DNA of 63,895 bases, filler included, from Mitosporidium daphniae (lineage: Eukaryota), in NCBI RefSeq assembly GCF_000760515.2. It is 4 parts of 4 records of this genome, joined end to end, with 100 filler letters (N's around TTAATTAATTAA, not from the genome) between each part and the next. Parts side by side here need not be neighbours in the genome. Positions count along the whole stretch, not along the records: positions 16,964 to 33,771 come from NW_013546728.1; positions 33,872 to 50,667 come from NW_013546727.1; 2 more parts are not named here. One strand, 5' to 3'. The notes below the pieces were generated by a model. The model was not told the DNA's origin. It made no database searches and worked only from the letters and a program-made list of their open reading frames with translations. A program made the position numbers and the translations under genes. Below, piece after piece: positions 26,832 through 37,940 of this stretch; position 1 is the stretch's first letter, and each line of letters starts with the position of its first letter.

Positions 26832-28139
26832 ATGGAGGAGATCGCCGCCGTCGCTAGTAGGCGCCCGCTCGCCACAGATGCCTCCGGATTCCCCAATCGC
26901 AGGTATAAATCTGAAGGGATTTACAAGTCGGATGAGGATCAACTAGACGAGCAGGTTTCGAGTGACGAGCAATCAGAAGAAAAGGAAAATGGAAATCGCG
27001 AGTATGGACAATATGATGGAGAATGGGGCACGTCGTCTTCACCTCCTTCGTCTTCTTCACCATCTTCCGCTTCCTCTACGATCTCTGGACAATCTGCAAT
27101 TAGGATTATCAAGTTCAAAATCCCTGGTCACGAGGAAAGCGATATACCAACCTATGGCGATGTCGATGTAAATGTCGATATTATTTCTGAGGTATCTTCT
27201 GAGCCCGATGGCATGGGCGCCGCTTCTTCCATCAAAAGGCCTAAACGGAAAGCCCCGCCGCCTCCACTTTTGACGGCACGAAAGGCACAGCATTTGAGTG
27301 CCTCTTCGAAACCATCTATCATGAAGGGTCGTCAAATTACGGCTAAGGTGACTTCTCCTGCTTCTACCATTAAGCCGTCAATGGGGACCAAGGTAGCTTC
27401 TATGATCCCCTCAACCATCAAGGCAGTTTCCACAGCATCCAGGACGACTACACAATCGAATTCAAAAACATCCACACCTGCCTCAAAGCCATCTGCAGCC
27501 GGGTCAAAAGGTGCCCCGCGTATCCAGGATTTGCCCGGTTATATTTCAGACATGCGAGCATTCGTGCAGGAGATGCGATCAATTCGCCTGCGGCCTTGGC
27601 TTAGAGCCCAGGCTGATCTCCATGGAATTGGATCTGATCCTACGGCAGAAATTTCGATCGGAACAGTGCCTGTATCTTCGGCATCGATTTCCGTCCCTGT
27701 ATGGATACGATGCGACGGCGGCACATCATCTGCTCGTAGGCGACAAAATCGCCGTCAAAGTACAATTGTGGCTCCGCAAATCAATGGTACGACAGCCGCT
27801 GAGGGTGATGCGGTGATTAAGCTTCTCTCATCGTTATTAAAGCGGATTCCGGCCGCTGCAGATGAAGGGTACCTCTGCGAGGTGCCTCGCTGCGCAAAGG
27901 TATTTCATGAAAAGGAAAAGTATCGAAGGCACCTACATAACCACGTCCGAACCATCAAGCACCAACAGGCACGGAATTCTGCCCCAGCATCATCCCATGC
28001 CTTTTCTGCTGAACATGAGGAGGAGGACGATGATGATGAGGACAACATTCCTCTGATTTCCCCGCCGTCAGTCGACAGCCGTACGGCATGGGCTGTCCGG
28101 CTATATCCATTGCAAGTCGAAGCGACTCGTCACAGCTAA
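26832..28139 (+). CDS. Largely disordered nuclear protein with a single C-terminal C2H2 zinc finger
   Basis: 435-aa ORF; YLCEVPRCAKVFHEKEKYRRHLHNH; acidic, Ser-rich and basic tracts. Confidence 0.7.
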   Translation: MEEIAAVASRRPLATDASGFPNRRYKSEGIYKSDEDQLDEQVSSDEQSEEKENGNREYGQYDGEWGTSSSPPSSSSPSSASSTISGQSAIRIIKFKIPGHEESDIPTYGDVDVNVDIISEVSSEPDGMGAASSIKRPKRKAPPPPLLTARKAQHLSASSKPSIMKGRQITAKVTSPASTIKPSMGTKVASMIPSTIKAVSTASRTTTQSNSKTSTPASKPSAAGSKGAPRIQDLPGYISDMRAFVQEMRSIRLRPWLRAQADLHGIGSDPTAEISIGTVPVSSASISVPVWIRCDGGTSSARRRQNRRQSTIVAPQINGTTAAEGDAVIKLLSSLLKRIPAAADEGYLCEVPRCAKVFHEKEKYRRHLHNHVRTIKHQQARNSAPASSHAFSAEHEEEDDDDEDNIPLISPPSVDSRTAWAVRLYPLQVEATRHS

Positions 28140-28228
28140 TAAATCTAAGAGCCGAACAGGTTCCAGTGCTAATTACCGGGTTTTGGTGGAAAAACTTGAA
28201 TGTGCCAAATTTAGTTTTTAATTCGACC

Positions 28229-30631
28229 ATGTCTGCGGCCAGCCTAACTGTCATGCCGCTCGGAGCGGGGAATGAGGTGGGACGCTCTGCCATCTTGCTC
28301 TCGTTCCGGGGCAAAAATGTGCTGCTGGACTGCGGCATTCATCCCGCCCATTCAGGCATAGCATCGTTGCCCTTTTTTGATGCCATCGACCCCACTTCCA
28401 TCGACCTCATCCTGATTACACAGTAGCCTTTGATGATGGTAATTCTAGTTTCCACTTGGACCATATTGCGTCGTTGCCGTACTTTATGCAACGCACATCT
28501 TTCCGTGGCAAGGTCTACATGACACACCCGACAAAGGCAATCTACAAATGGCTGTTGCTGGACTTGATACGTCTAGCAGCAACTCCTGCAGAGTTGCTTT
28601 TTGACGAGCGTGATCTACAAGCATCTTACGAGCGTATTATCGCCGTTGACTATCACCAGGAGATTGATGTTTGCGGGGACGGCTCCATCCGCTTTACACC
28701 ATACCATGCGGGCCACGTGCTGGGCGCAGCTATGTTCGTAATCGAAATTACAGGTATCACAACTTCCTAATTACCGATAGGTAGGAAAAATGGTTTTATT
28801 TCTTAGGTGAGACAACACATTTTAGTTTACACATCCAGGGCTACGAATTCTGTACACAGGTGACTACTCGCGGGAGCAAGATCGGCATTTGCGGGCCGCT
28901 GAGCGGCCACCGGGTCCCGCACCGGACGTCATGATTTGCGAGGCAACTTATGGTGTGCAAGCGCACGAGCCACAGGCAGAACGCGAGCGGCGCTTTACCA
29001 GCCGGGTACATGAGATCGTGCAGCGTGGCGGTCGCTGTCTCTTACCAGTCTTTGCACTAGGCAAGGCGCATGAGCTGCTACTGATTTTGGACGAGTACTG
29101 GGAAAAACACCCAGAACTTCGCTCAGTTCCCATCTACTATGCCTCTTCACTCACCAAGAAATGCCTGACAATATACTCCACTTATCTTCACATGATGGGC
29201 ACAGGCTCAGACGGTGCATCTGCATCAATCACCTCTTCAAATATATTTCGCCACGTGACAAGCCTACGAGGAGCTGCTGCAGGACAGGCTGCCTCACTTC
29301 CAGGACCGTGCGTGGTGATGGCCTCTCCAGGAATGTTGCAAAGCGGGCTTTCGCGCGATTTATTAGAGGCATGGTGCGGCGACGCCCGAAACGGGCTTAT
29401 CTTGACAGGGTATTCTGNGGAGGGCACGCTCGCAAAATCTCTGCTTCAAGGTGAACCAACCGAGATTTCCTCCCTTTCCACTAAAAGGGCGTTGCCCTTC
29501 CGAATGGCTGTAGAGAGTATCTCATTCAGCGCGCACGTAGATTTCATCCAAAACGCACACTTTATTGAGGAGCTGTCTCCAAGGCATCTAGTGCTTGTGC
29601 ATGGCGAATATAATGAAATGATGCGGCTTAGAAATGCCTTACAGCACAAGTATGATGCCGAAGCTGAGCACAAAAGTGGCGACATAGCGGCTTCCGCCGC
29701 TACTACGGTGCACACACCGAGAAACTGTGAGGCATTAGAAATTGCCTTTGGTGAGCGGCGCGTAGCTCGCGTTGCAGGCTCCCTTGCGGCGGCCCTGCAT
29801 GCCGCTGGCGTTGCAGATGTTGCCAGCAACGGGGAGGATATTGCAAATGCAACGCCTACATCCCCTAAACCAATGTCTCTTCCGTCCGTCGATGCCGTGG
29901 CCTTGCTGGATCGCGGATGGGAATTGACGATTGCAGCACCGGAGGATCTTGCGGCGCATAGCTCTGGAATGCTGCGACAGGGCTCTGCTAGTGGCGCGGT
30001 AAGAGTCACATCTTCAGCACCTTGGGCGTTAGTTCACGAGCAGGTACTCGTTAACTTTTCCTTTTTGCAGGTAGTTCAGCTGGTGGGTGCCGCCAATGTC
30101 CGGTCTTCTACGGTCGATGGGATGCTTTCTTTGCTTCAGGGCGAAATTACTCTTGTCGCAGAGGACGGTGGGCTTTCGCTTCTCGTGAGCTGGCGCTCTT
30201 CTTCACCACTTGTTGAAATGATGGCCGATGCTCTTGTTGCAATGCTCACAGCTGTGGAGGGCACTCCAGCGTCAATTTCTACTTGTTGCAGCGCCACTAA
30301 AAAGGATCACATTCACGGCTCCGAAAAGGGCCATACTGACCATGATCATGGCCCAGATGCAGGTTGCTACCGCACTTCTGATGCCATTGGAGAGCTACTC
30401 GCAAACTATTATGAAGAAGTGCAGCGAGTCTCTGATGGCTGGGAAATCATTGTCGCAGAGAAGCAGGAGAAGGCGCCGTACCACCTGCGAATCACATCTG
30501 GCACTCAGTCCCCCATAGTGGTAGGCTTTATCTTCCAATCAGCATAGGAAATCGACGGACCCGACTCTCGCACTGTGTCGCAAATTCGGCGCATCGTCGC
30601 ATTACATCTGCTTGCCGTACCAAATCCTTGA
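28229..30631 (+). CDS. YSH1: CPSF73/Ysh1 pre-mRNA 3' endonuclease (MBL/beta-CASP)
   Basis: PLGAGNEVGRS, LLDCGIHP, FHLDH, AGHVLGAAMF, LYTGDYSRE, PVFALG, MASPGMLQSG, SFSAHVD, LVHGE. Confidence 0.96.
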
Positions 30632-30778
30632 CAATACCTACGTGAAAGGCCGTTGCTGCAATAAACTTTCACCCCTATTTAACGGCAAACCATAAGCCAT
30701 TGACTTTGATAGTTTATGGGAACATGAAGCATCGCATATATGTTCAAATATTTAAATGCTCATATCCATGTCTACATA

Positions 30779-31499
30779 TCAGAAACGACGAGCGAGCGCA
30801 ATAGCTGCAGAGACGCCCGCGGCAATCAACGGAAATGCCACTTTGTAGATCGGCGAACTACGCGCGCCATGCTCCAAAGCCGCATCCAAATGTTCCAGCT
30901 CTTCATCACGACACTTTGCAATGGAAGTAGCAAGTTTATGAGTCTCCGCCGCACCAAGAACGGAGTGCTCTTTTCTGTAGCCATTATATTCTGAATTGGA
31001 TGCTGACCCGATGTCTGTTTGGGTGGATGAAAGTTTTTGACAGTCTAAATTGGAATACTGATCCTGGAGGTCGGTTTGTGAGGCATCATGATTAGTCGTA
31101 CCATGTTCTTTGCGAAGACCATCAAGAAGCTCGCGTAGTTGCATGCTATAATGATTTCCGACGACCGTCTCCACGGCTTCAGTGCATGCCATGGCTGTGG
31201 AGCGGCCTGCGAATGCTGTAGCGGCGCCTAGCAGCCAGCCGCCTGCATTGCAGAGTGGCTGTAAAATCGTGGGTCGCGCCCCATATCCTTTAACAAGGTC
31301 TTCAAACAGCACAAAGTGGCCTTGCTCTTGTTCATACATTTTCTATCGTTGGGAAAGCCAAAGTTACCTGGACGAGAGGGACCGTCTCAGGATCGAGTAC
31401 CCGTAAAACAGCTAGTTGTCCTTCATATATGCGTCGCGCTGTCAGCTCGCCCGCGTGGTTTACACGCAACATTGACCGCGCAACTGCGAGTGTCGTCAT
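30779..31499 (-). CDS. COQ7: 5-demethoxyubiquinone hydroxylase Coq7/Clk-1 (1 intron)
   Basis: MLRVNHAGE..IYEGQLAVL, MYEQEQGH, AMACTEAVETVVGNHY, RDEELEHLD; acidic insertion of about 50 aa. Confidence 0.93.
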
Positions 31500-31588
31500 T
31501 GGAAGGCTCTCAAGCTGCAAATTATAACTCCAATAGGCTTCAACATTCCACTAACCCTAGTGTGGATCTAAATTAATTCTAAATCCTT

Positions 31589-32333
31589 ATGTCAGAGGAC
31601 GACCCGGCTGCGCCCGTGGTTTTTCAGTGTGGCGCGTGTAGGCGCGTGTTGGGCGACACACTCTCTTTTGTAGCTTCTGACGAGTCTGCAGGAATAGTTA
31701 CTCTTGCAAGTAAACCCATCTTTTCACGCTAGGACGGTCACCCCATGTTGCCATCGGATCCGAAATCTTGACGCAATTTGACACTGCAGCTTTTGACTAC
31801 AGAAGGTAGGCAGGACCCAAATTTGATTTTAGGTAAAATACGGCCACATTCAGTTTTAGGTAACGGTGAGATTTCCACATCGATTATAGGTAATTCTAAA
31901 ACTCCCTTATTGCCAGGTACTAAATATCGGTTTCTATCTTGCAGCACCTACTCGCTATTGAACTGCAGTTGCGGGGCAGCTTTAGGGCGGCTGTACCATT
32001 CCACGCCTAGAAGTTTTGACCATCTTCGGGATTGCTTTTCACTGTCCGTTAGTGCCCTTTCTGCGTACTTTAAAACCCCTTCGTAATAATAGATACCAAC
32101 TAGGATCTGGGCCGGATTCCCCATCAGCCGATTTTGACCCGTTCTTTACTGTGCCTTCTGCGCTCTTTTTATTGAGCGAGCTACGGAAGGTTGGCGATTT
32201 ATATCTTTCCTAGGTGCAAAAACATATTGTCGAGATGGAGATGCGCTTTGCGGCAACCGATGGGCCCGCTCCTCTGCGGCCGGCCACCAAGCGGGCGCCA
32301 AAAGCTGAACATAACCTTTTCAAACACACATAG
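31589..32333 (+). CDS. MIS18: Mis18 (Yippee-like zinc domain) centromere-licensing protein
   Basis: Spliced product PVVFQCGACRRVLGDT..DYRSTYSLLNCSCGAALGRLYHSTPRSFDHLRDCFSL..YQLGS plus a C-terminal helix. Introns at 31710-31732, 31806-31944 (compound) and two more downstream. Confidence 0.85.
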
Positions 32334-32462
32334 CAAGCAAAACGGAAATAAATTATCCATCCTCCGATATGAATGCAATTTATTATTCGTAAACGTTTTG
32401 ATTTGAAGGCCATCCAAAGGGTAACGTCTAGACGTTATACAAAGCATTCCAGGGTATGCTCT

Positions 32463-33672
32463 TTATGCGGCGGAAATGCAAACTGCGGTGATGCGGTATG
32501 GGATAGTTATATGGGCGAGGGGAACTGCGGCATTTTGATCATTGAGAGCCCAAAGCTGAATTATCCCATCCGTGGTTGTTGTCAAGAAGAGGGCAGAACC
32601 AGGTATCCGTTCAATAGCATTTATTCTGCTACCAGCAGTAGAAGAGTTTCTATGCCATTAGCAAAGCTACTTACCTCGGTACATCGGTAAGTGATGCCGT
32701 CTTTGCGGGGCGATCTTCGGCCAACGAATAGATGGAGACCAAATTTGGGTGTTCTGCAATCGCAATAGATTCTTCCGAGATGAACTCCATGGCTGTGATT
32801 TTTCGTCCAGACGATATGCTAACCGCGCCAAAAGGGCTCTTTTCAGAAATTTTGGATGCGTTGGGATCCGCGTCAGCTTTAGCTTTCTCACTGGATATGT
32901 TCGCATTTGTAGCATCCTCGGATTTTGGCAACTCATTGCGCGAGAAATTTGGATCGGATATCGAACTAGATGTTGGCTCGGAATCTGAGCCAACTCCATT
33001 GGAGGCCGGAAAGAGCTCGTGGATGTTCACGCGACATTCGAGACCCTTCTGAGCGAGGATAGCGTATTTGGTGCCGAGAGGTGAAAACCTGATTGAGTCT
33101 GGATGCATCGGAAGCTTGGTTTTGACAACCCTCTGGCCTTTGATTAAATCAAAGAGGGCGGCTGTGGCTTTTTTACGGCACACAGCCATTAAAATCTTGC
33201 CTGAAGGGTGAATAGCAAAGTCTGTGACCGATGCTTTGCCTTTCCCAACTGAGAGCTTTTTTATGAGCTCCGAATCAGCGATAGAGAGCACAGAGATAGT
33301 GCCATCCTCGAATGCAACGAACAAAAATTTTTCTTCATGGAGAATGCTCTTGGTCAGCGATACTAGGAAAAACATTGTCTTTGTACCTTCTTGCGCCTGC
33401 AAGAGTATGCCAGATTCTTGATATCGCTCCATATTTGTGAGCTTGAGCTCGTCAGCTGTCCCAGAGACCAACATAGATTTTGATGCTGAGAGGGTCAGAA
33501 TAGGGCCCTCATGTATTTTGAATCCAGCTGCTTTTTTAATGGTATACTAGGATAGAGTATAAATATTTCACCTCACCTCATTGGGTTCTGCTCCTTCTGG
33601 CGTTTTGAGAATGTCAAAGACAAATATCAACCGCTCATATGTGCCAACAATTAGCTTTGTCACATGTAGCAT
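32463..33672 (-). CDS. MAK11: WD40 60S biogenesis factor Mak11/PAK1IP1 (2 introns)
   Basis: N-terminal LIVGTYER, HEGPILTL, VTDFAIHPSGKI, LFDLIKG, IRFSPLGTKY, TTTDGIIQLW. Confidence 0.75.
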
Positions 33673-33707
33673 TAAAAATGAAATTAAAAAGATAATGAAA
33701 CAAAAAA

Positions 33708-33771
33708 TGCGACCTGTGTGGATTGAACACACGGCCTTAAGATCTTCAGTCTCACGCTCTCCCAGCTGAGC
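33708..33771 (-). tRNA. tRNA-Phe(GAA), 5' end truncated by gap
   Basis: GCTCAGCTGGGAGAGC D-arm, TGAGA-CTGAAGA-TCTTA anticodon arm, GTTCAATC T-loop, followed by T6 terminator. Confidence 0.93.
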
Positions 33772-33871
33772 NNNNNNNNNNNNNNNNNNNNNNNNNNNNN
33801 NNNNNNNNNNNNNNNTTAATTAATTAANNNNNNNNNNNNNNNNNNNNNNNNNNNNNNNNNNNNNNNNNNNN
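33772..33871. other. Assembly gap with artificial linker
   Basis: N run with TTAATTAATTAA. Confidence 0.97.
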
Positions 33872-34223
33872 CTCAGCGTCAGAACTACCGCACATGTCTT
33901 TTTCGTCAGACTCGCTTGTTGATAAATATCTGGCTGAGTATTCTTCCGAAAGAGGCGATTCTTTCCCATATAAAGATGGTGAAGTTGAGGATATCTTTGG
34001 CTCACCCACATCTCATTCTCTTAATGACATTGCCGGTGATTTTGACGCTGAGGACTGGGGCTCACAGGTGAGAAGTCATGCCTTTTAATATTAGTACACT
34101 CCGATTGAACCTAGCATGTATCCGAGTTTTCCAGGAAAATTTTCACCGCGGCTCCAGCCCCAGCCAGAGGGGCAGAACGAACATTTTTATGACATAGACA
34201 TTGACAACTCAAAGGATGACTAG
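33872..34223 (+). CDS. Acidic hypothetical protein, 3' fragment (one intron)
   Basis: Open frame from the gap, intron gtgaga..attag near 34068-34094, ends ..DIDNSKDD*. Confidence 0.45.
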
Positions 34224-34298
34224 TTTGTATTTCCCCGCCACACATGTTTATGTTATAAATTTAGTCAATTTTACGAATTTATTAAATTTCTTCACCAA

Positions 34299-37200
34299 AT
34301 GGCATCCTCATTTTTAATTAAACGATGTTTAAGCAAGGGTACGACGTTTAGATCGCTACTTCCCGATAAAAATTCAATAAATAAACTGGTGGGTTCATGA
34401 TCATCTAATTTCAGGCGATAGAGGAGAAAATTCTCAAGCTTTGGGATAAAGCGACGGAAGAAGAGCCTGCCCCCAAGGCTCCAGATAAAGTCTTTTTATT
34501 GCCGCCACCAAACATCACGGGAAGCCTGCATATTGGGCATGCACTAACTGCATTTATTCAAGTATCTTGAAGCTTTTCCTTTAGGATGCAATTACTCGAG
34601 CATGGAAAATGAACGGGAAAACGGTCCTCTGGATTCCTGGCCTTGATCATGCCGGAATATCAACCCAAGTTATCCTGGAGAAAAGGCTATTTTACGAACT
34701 TAATGTAAGACCAGCGTGGTGATTTTTTTGTAGAAAAAACGCTGGCAAGTTCCCCGAGCCGAATGGGATTCGTTTGCTAAAAGGTGGGTAGAATCAACTG
34801 CCCATTACATCACGACCCAGTTGAAAAGACTGGGCGTATCGCTTGATTGGAAAATGAAATATTATACGCTTGATACGTTCAGATCTGAATTTGTTTCCGA
34901 GAGCTTTATAAAACTATACAATCACGGTCTCATATATCGCTCGTCAAAGCTGGTTAATTGGTGCCCGGAGCTCAGATCGACAATTTCTGACATTGAGGTA
35001 CTTATTTGGAAGCTGATTGCTTAAATAATAGATCGATACCATTCAGGTTCAACCTTTTGGTGTTATTTCTCTGCCTGATAATCGACAGATAAAGGCCGGC
35101 ATAATGTATAAGATCAAATTTCCCTTTTATGAATCTTGCCATGAAGGAGTTATCATTGGGACAAGTCGTCCAGAGACTTTATTTGGCGATATTGCAGTGG
35201 CAATTGGATCTGGTTATCATATAGGAGAGGCGGGCTCTCTTCAAAGGCCAAAATCTATTTTTCATCCAATTTTACGAAAAGAAATTCCTTTGATTCTAGA
35301 TGATGAAATGATCACCCCAGGTATGGGAACAGGGGCTGTGAAGGTATTTTTGAACCCCCCATTATAGATCACACCAGGACATGATAAGGCCGACTATGCG
35401 TTTGCACAAAAACACTTTGGAGTCGAATCTTTACCCCTGTTCATTGACATCTTTGATGACTCTGGCATTATAAAGAGCGGCATAGTAAATGGGACTGCGT
35501 TTTGTCATTTTTCTGGCCTTGATAGATGGCAACTCAGAGAAGCGGTACTTTCATATTTGAGAAGCGAAGATCTTTTAGTTGGGGAAGACGGAATTATACA
35601 AAATATCCCAATTTGCAGAAAGACTGGTGATGTGATCGAGCCTCGGCTTCTGCCTCAATGGTAAAACAAGTATTATATTTTCAGGTTTCTTAAGACAAAG
35701 CCACTTGCAGCTGTTGTTTTGGATGCAATCAAGGGGGAAAAGAACACGTTTAAGATTTTCCCTTCGTCATCTTTTGCGATTCTTACCAACTGGCTAAACA
35801 ACATTGAGGATTGGTGCATCTCTCGCCAACTGTGGTGGGGACACAAAATTCCTCTGTTCTACCCCACTGATGGGGGAGTCCCTCCAATTGCTGCTAAAAG
35901 TCTTGAAGAGGCAAAAAAGATTCATCCAGGAGAACTAATAGAGGAGTCCGATGTTTTGGATACTTGGTTTTCTTCTTGTCTTCTTCCTCTGAGCGCTTCA
36001 AGTGGCTATTATCCTATCAGTCTTCTTGAGACAGGAGCAGATATACTATTTTTTTGGGTTGCTCGAATGATGCTCCTTTGTACCTTTTTGAGTGGGAAGC
36101 TTCCTTTTAATGCAGTTTTGCTACATGGCATGGTGCGTTTTTTGTAGCCTTTATTTAGGTGAGAGACTCTTTTGGCAAAAAAATGTCCAAAACTCTTGGA
36201 AATACCGTCGATCCGATGACCATAATCAATGGAGACTCAGATCGAATCGATAGCTATTCCATAAGACCCATCTCTTCATCCAATCCAACGGGAAGCAATT
36301 CGACAGATATTGATCCGATTTCCTGGGGATCGGATTCTCTTAGAATGGCATTGTTGAGCTGCAATTTTATGGTTCGATGTTATCGCTTTTGATTTGGGTA
36401 GTCTACTGATATTGTGTTCTCCAAAAAATACCTCAATGCTGCTAGAGCGCTTGAAGTTAAAGTTGTCAATTCACTCAAATGGATACTAACTCAAAAAGAG
36501 AAGCAGCTAACCTTGGACATTTCTGCTGATAAGATGAACTTGGTAGAAGAATTTGTTTATTTTCGCCTTGGGGCGGCAATGGAAGTCAGCAATCATGCTC
36601 TGGCCAATTCATTTAACCTGGAAAAGGGACTTTCAGCGCTAACGGGGTTTTTTATGGACACATTTTGTGGGGCTTTTATAGAAATTGCAAAAGGTCGCCT
36701 TTACGATGGAAATTTGTTCCATATTTTGAACATCTTCGCTATTTTTCTCAAGTCCTTTCATCCATATTGCCCGCTATTAACTGAGGCATGTATTCGTTTC
36801 TTATTCTAGTTTTGTTGGCAAGTTTTGAAAGAGTGTTATGGAAGTACTCCAATGTTGGAGATTTTCAAAGCCGATGCATTATCAAAGACGACTATTCTCG
36901 AAACTGAGATACAGCTTCTCAAAAAACCCGCACCAATGGTGGATGAGGAATTTTCCAGCCTGCTAAATCTTGTTTCTGCAATTAGGATCACAATCGGAAA
37001 TTTGAGTCCCCTAAAAGCATCCAAAATATGGATTCTTTCGACCGAAAGTCTTGACCTTGGAATCATTAGGTCGATGCTTAATATGGGTGACATTTTTGTG
37101 CAAAGCCATATTGATAATGAGAAATTATTAGCAAGGTGTTTTTCGCAATGTGTCCTTTTATCGAAGAAATGTTCCCCATATGCAACGATTGAATTTTACA

Positions 37201-37418
37201 TAGAAACTATGCAAACCGGAAAGCATAAGCCAGATTTTAAGGCAATTCTTAAAAAGCAGGAAAATGAACTGTCTCGTTGTGCTAAGCAGCTGGAATCGTT
37301 TAATGGCAAGCAAACAGGGACATCTGATTTGACTCTCCTTAGGGAAAAATTCGACTTTTTAGTGAGGGAGCTGGAAGAGAAGATTAAACGAACAAAAAGA
37401 AACATGGATTTATTATGA
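34299..37418 (+). CDS. Valyl-tRNA synthetase, probably mitochondrial (about 10 short introns)
   Basis: LPPPNITGSLHIGHAL, GLDHAGISTQ, TSRPETLFGD, GTGAVK|ITPGHD, DWCISRQLWWGH, DVLDTWFSS, LETGADILFFWVARM, KMSKT; basic/Ser presequence-like N-terminus. Confidence 0.93.
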
Positions 37419-37423
37419 AAGCC

Positions 37424-37654
37424 CTATTTACTTTTCGAAAGGAAAGCTGAGAACAAATCACTCTCATCTCTAACCCTAATCACAGACATATTACTTACTT
37501 GTCCTCCATTGGACTTTGGAACAAATCTTCAATGATTTTTTTCGGAATTATTATATCTAATGTTTATAAAAAGCACGATACTTTTGAGAATTTCTGGAGA
37601 TCTTTTCATGAGCAGCCCTCTCGCGGAATCCAGGGAGAACACATTTGCATCCAT
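37424..37654 (-). CDS. Candidate 60-aa microprotein with two introns (not in ORF track)
   Basis: Removing introns gtatcg..attag and gtaagt..attag gives MDANVFSLDSARGLLMKRSPEILKNIIIPKKIIEDLFQSPMEDKVRDESDLFSAFLSKSK*. Confidence 0.5.
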
Positions 37655-37940
37655 GGAGAGAGCGACCCACAAGTGATAAAATTTAATGTTGTGTTTAAAG
37701 TTAAAACGATAATTTGTTCTTCAACGCTTAATTTTAAACTTTCGCAAAGCACCAGTCTTCAATGTCCCATGCGAAGAAAGGTCGTCAAAGAAAGTGAGAA
37801 TAAGGTTTTAGACCTTCATTTGAACTGGGTGCGTTGTCTGGAAATATCGTGCCAGTGCATCGCAAAGTCAGATGGGACAGCTATTTAATAATATTTTAAT
37901 GTCAAGTAGGCGGGATTGTAGCCGCAATTTTTATTTATTG

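Noticed and set aside
31778..32086. 102-aa ORF reading through the MIS18 compound intron
   Set aside because: Starts at TTG, lacks the first CxxC, and its Gly every 9-10 residues just reflects the AG|GT junctions.
34299..37418. Fragmented ORFs as pseudogenes or an alternative genetic code
   Set aside because: The breaks I checked are explained by 23-35-nt GT(GC)..AG introns that restore conserved motifs under the standard code.
37755..37885. Inverted repeat TGTCCCAT/ATGGGACA upstream of RPC11 as an ncRNA
   Set aside because: Only an 8-bp stem; no recognisable snRNA, snoRNA, RNase P or SRP boxes.
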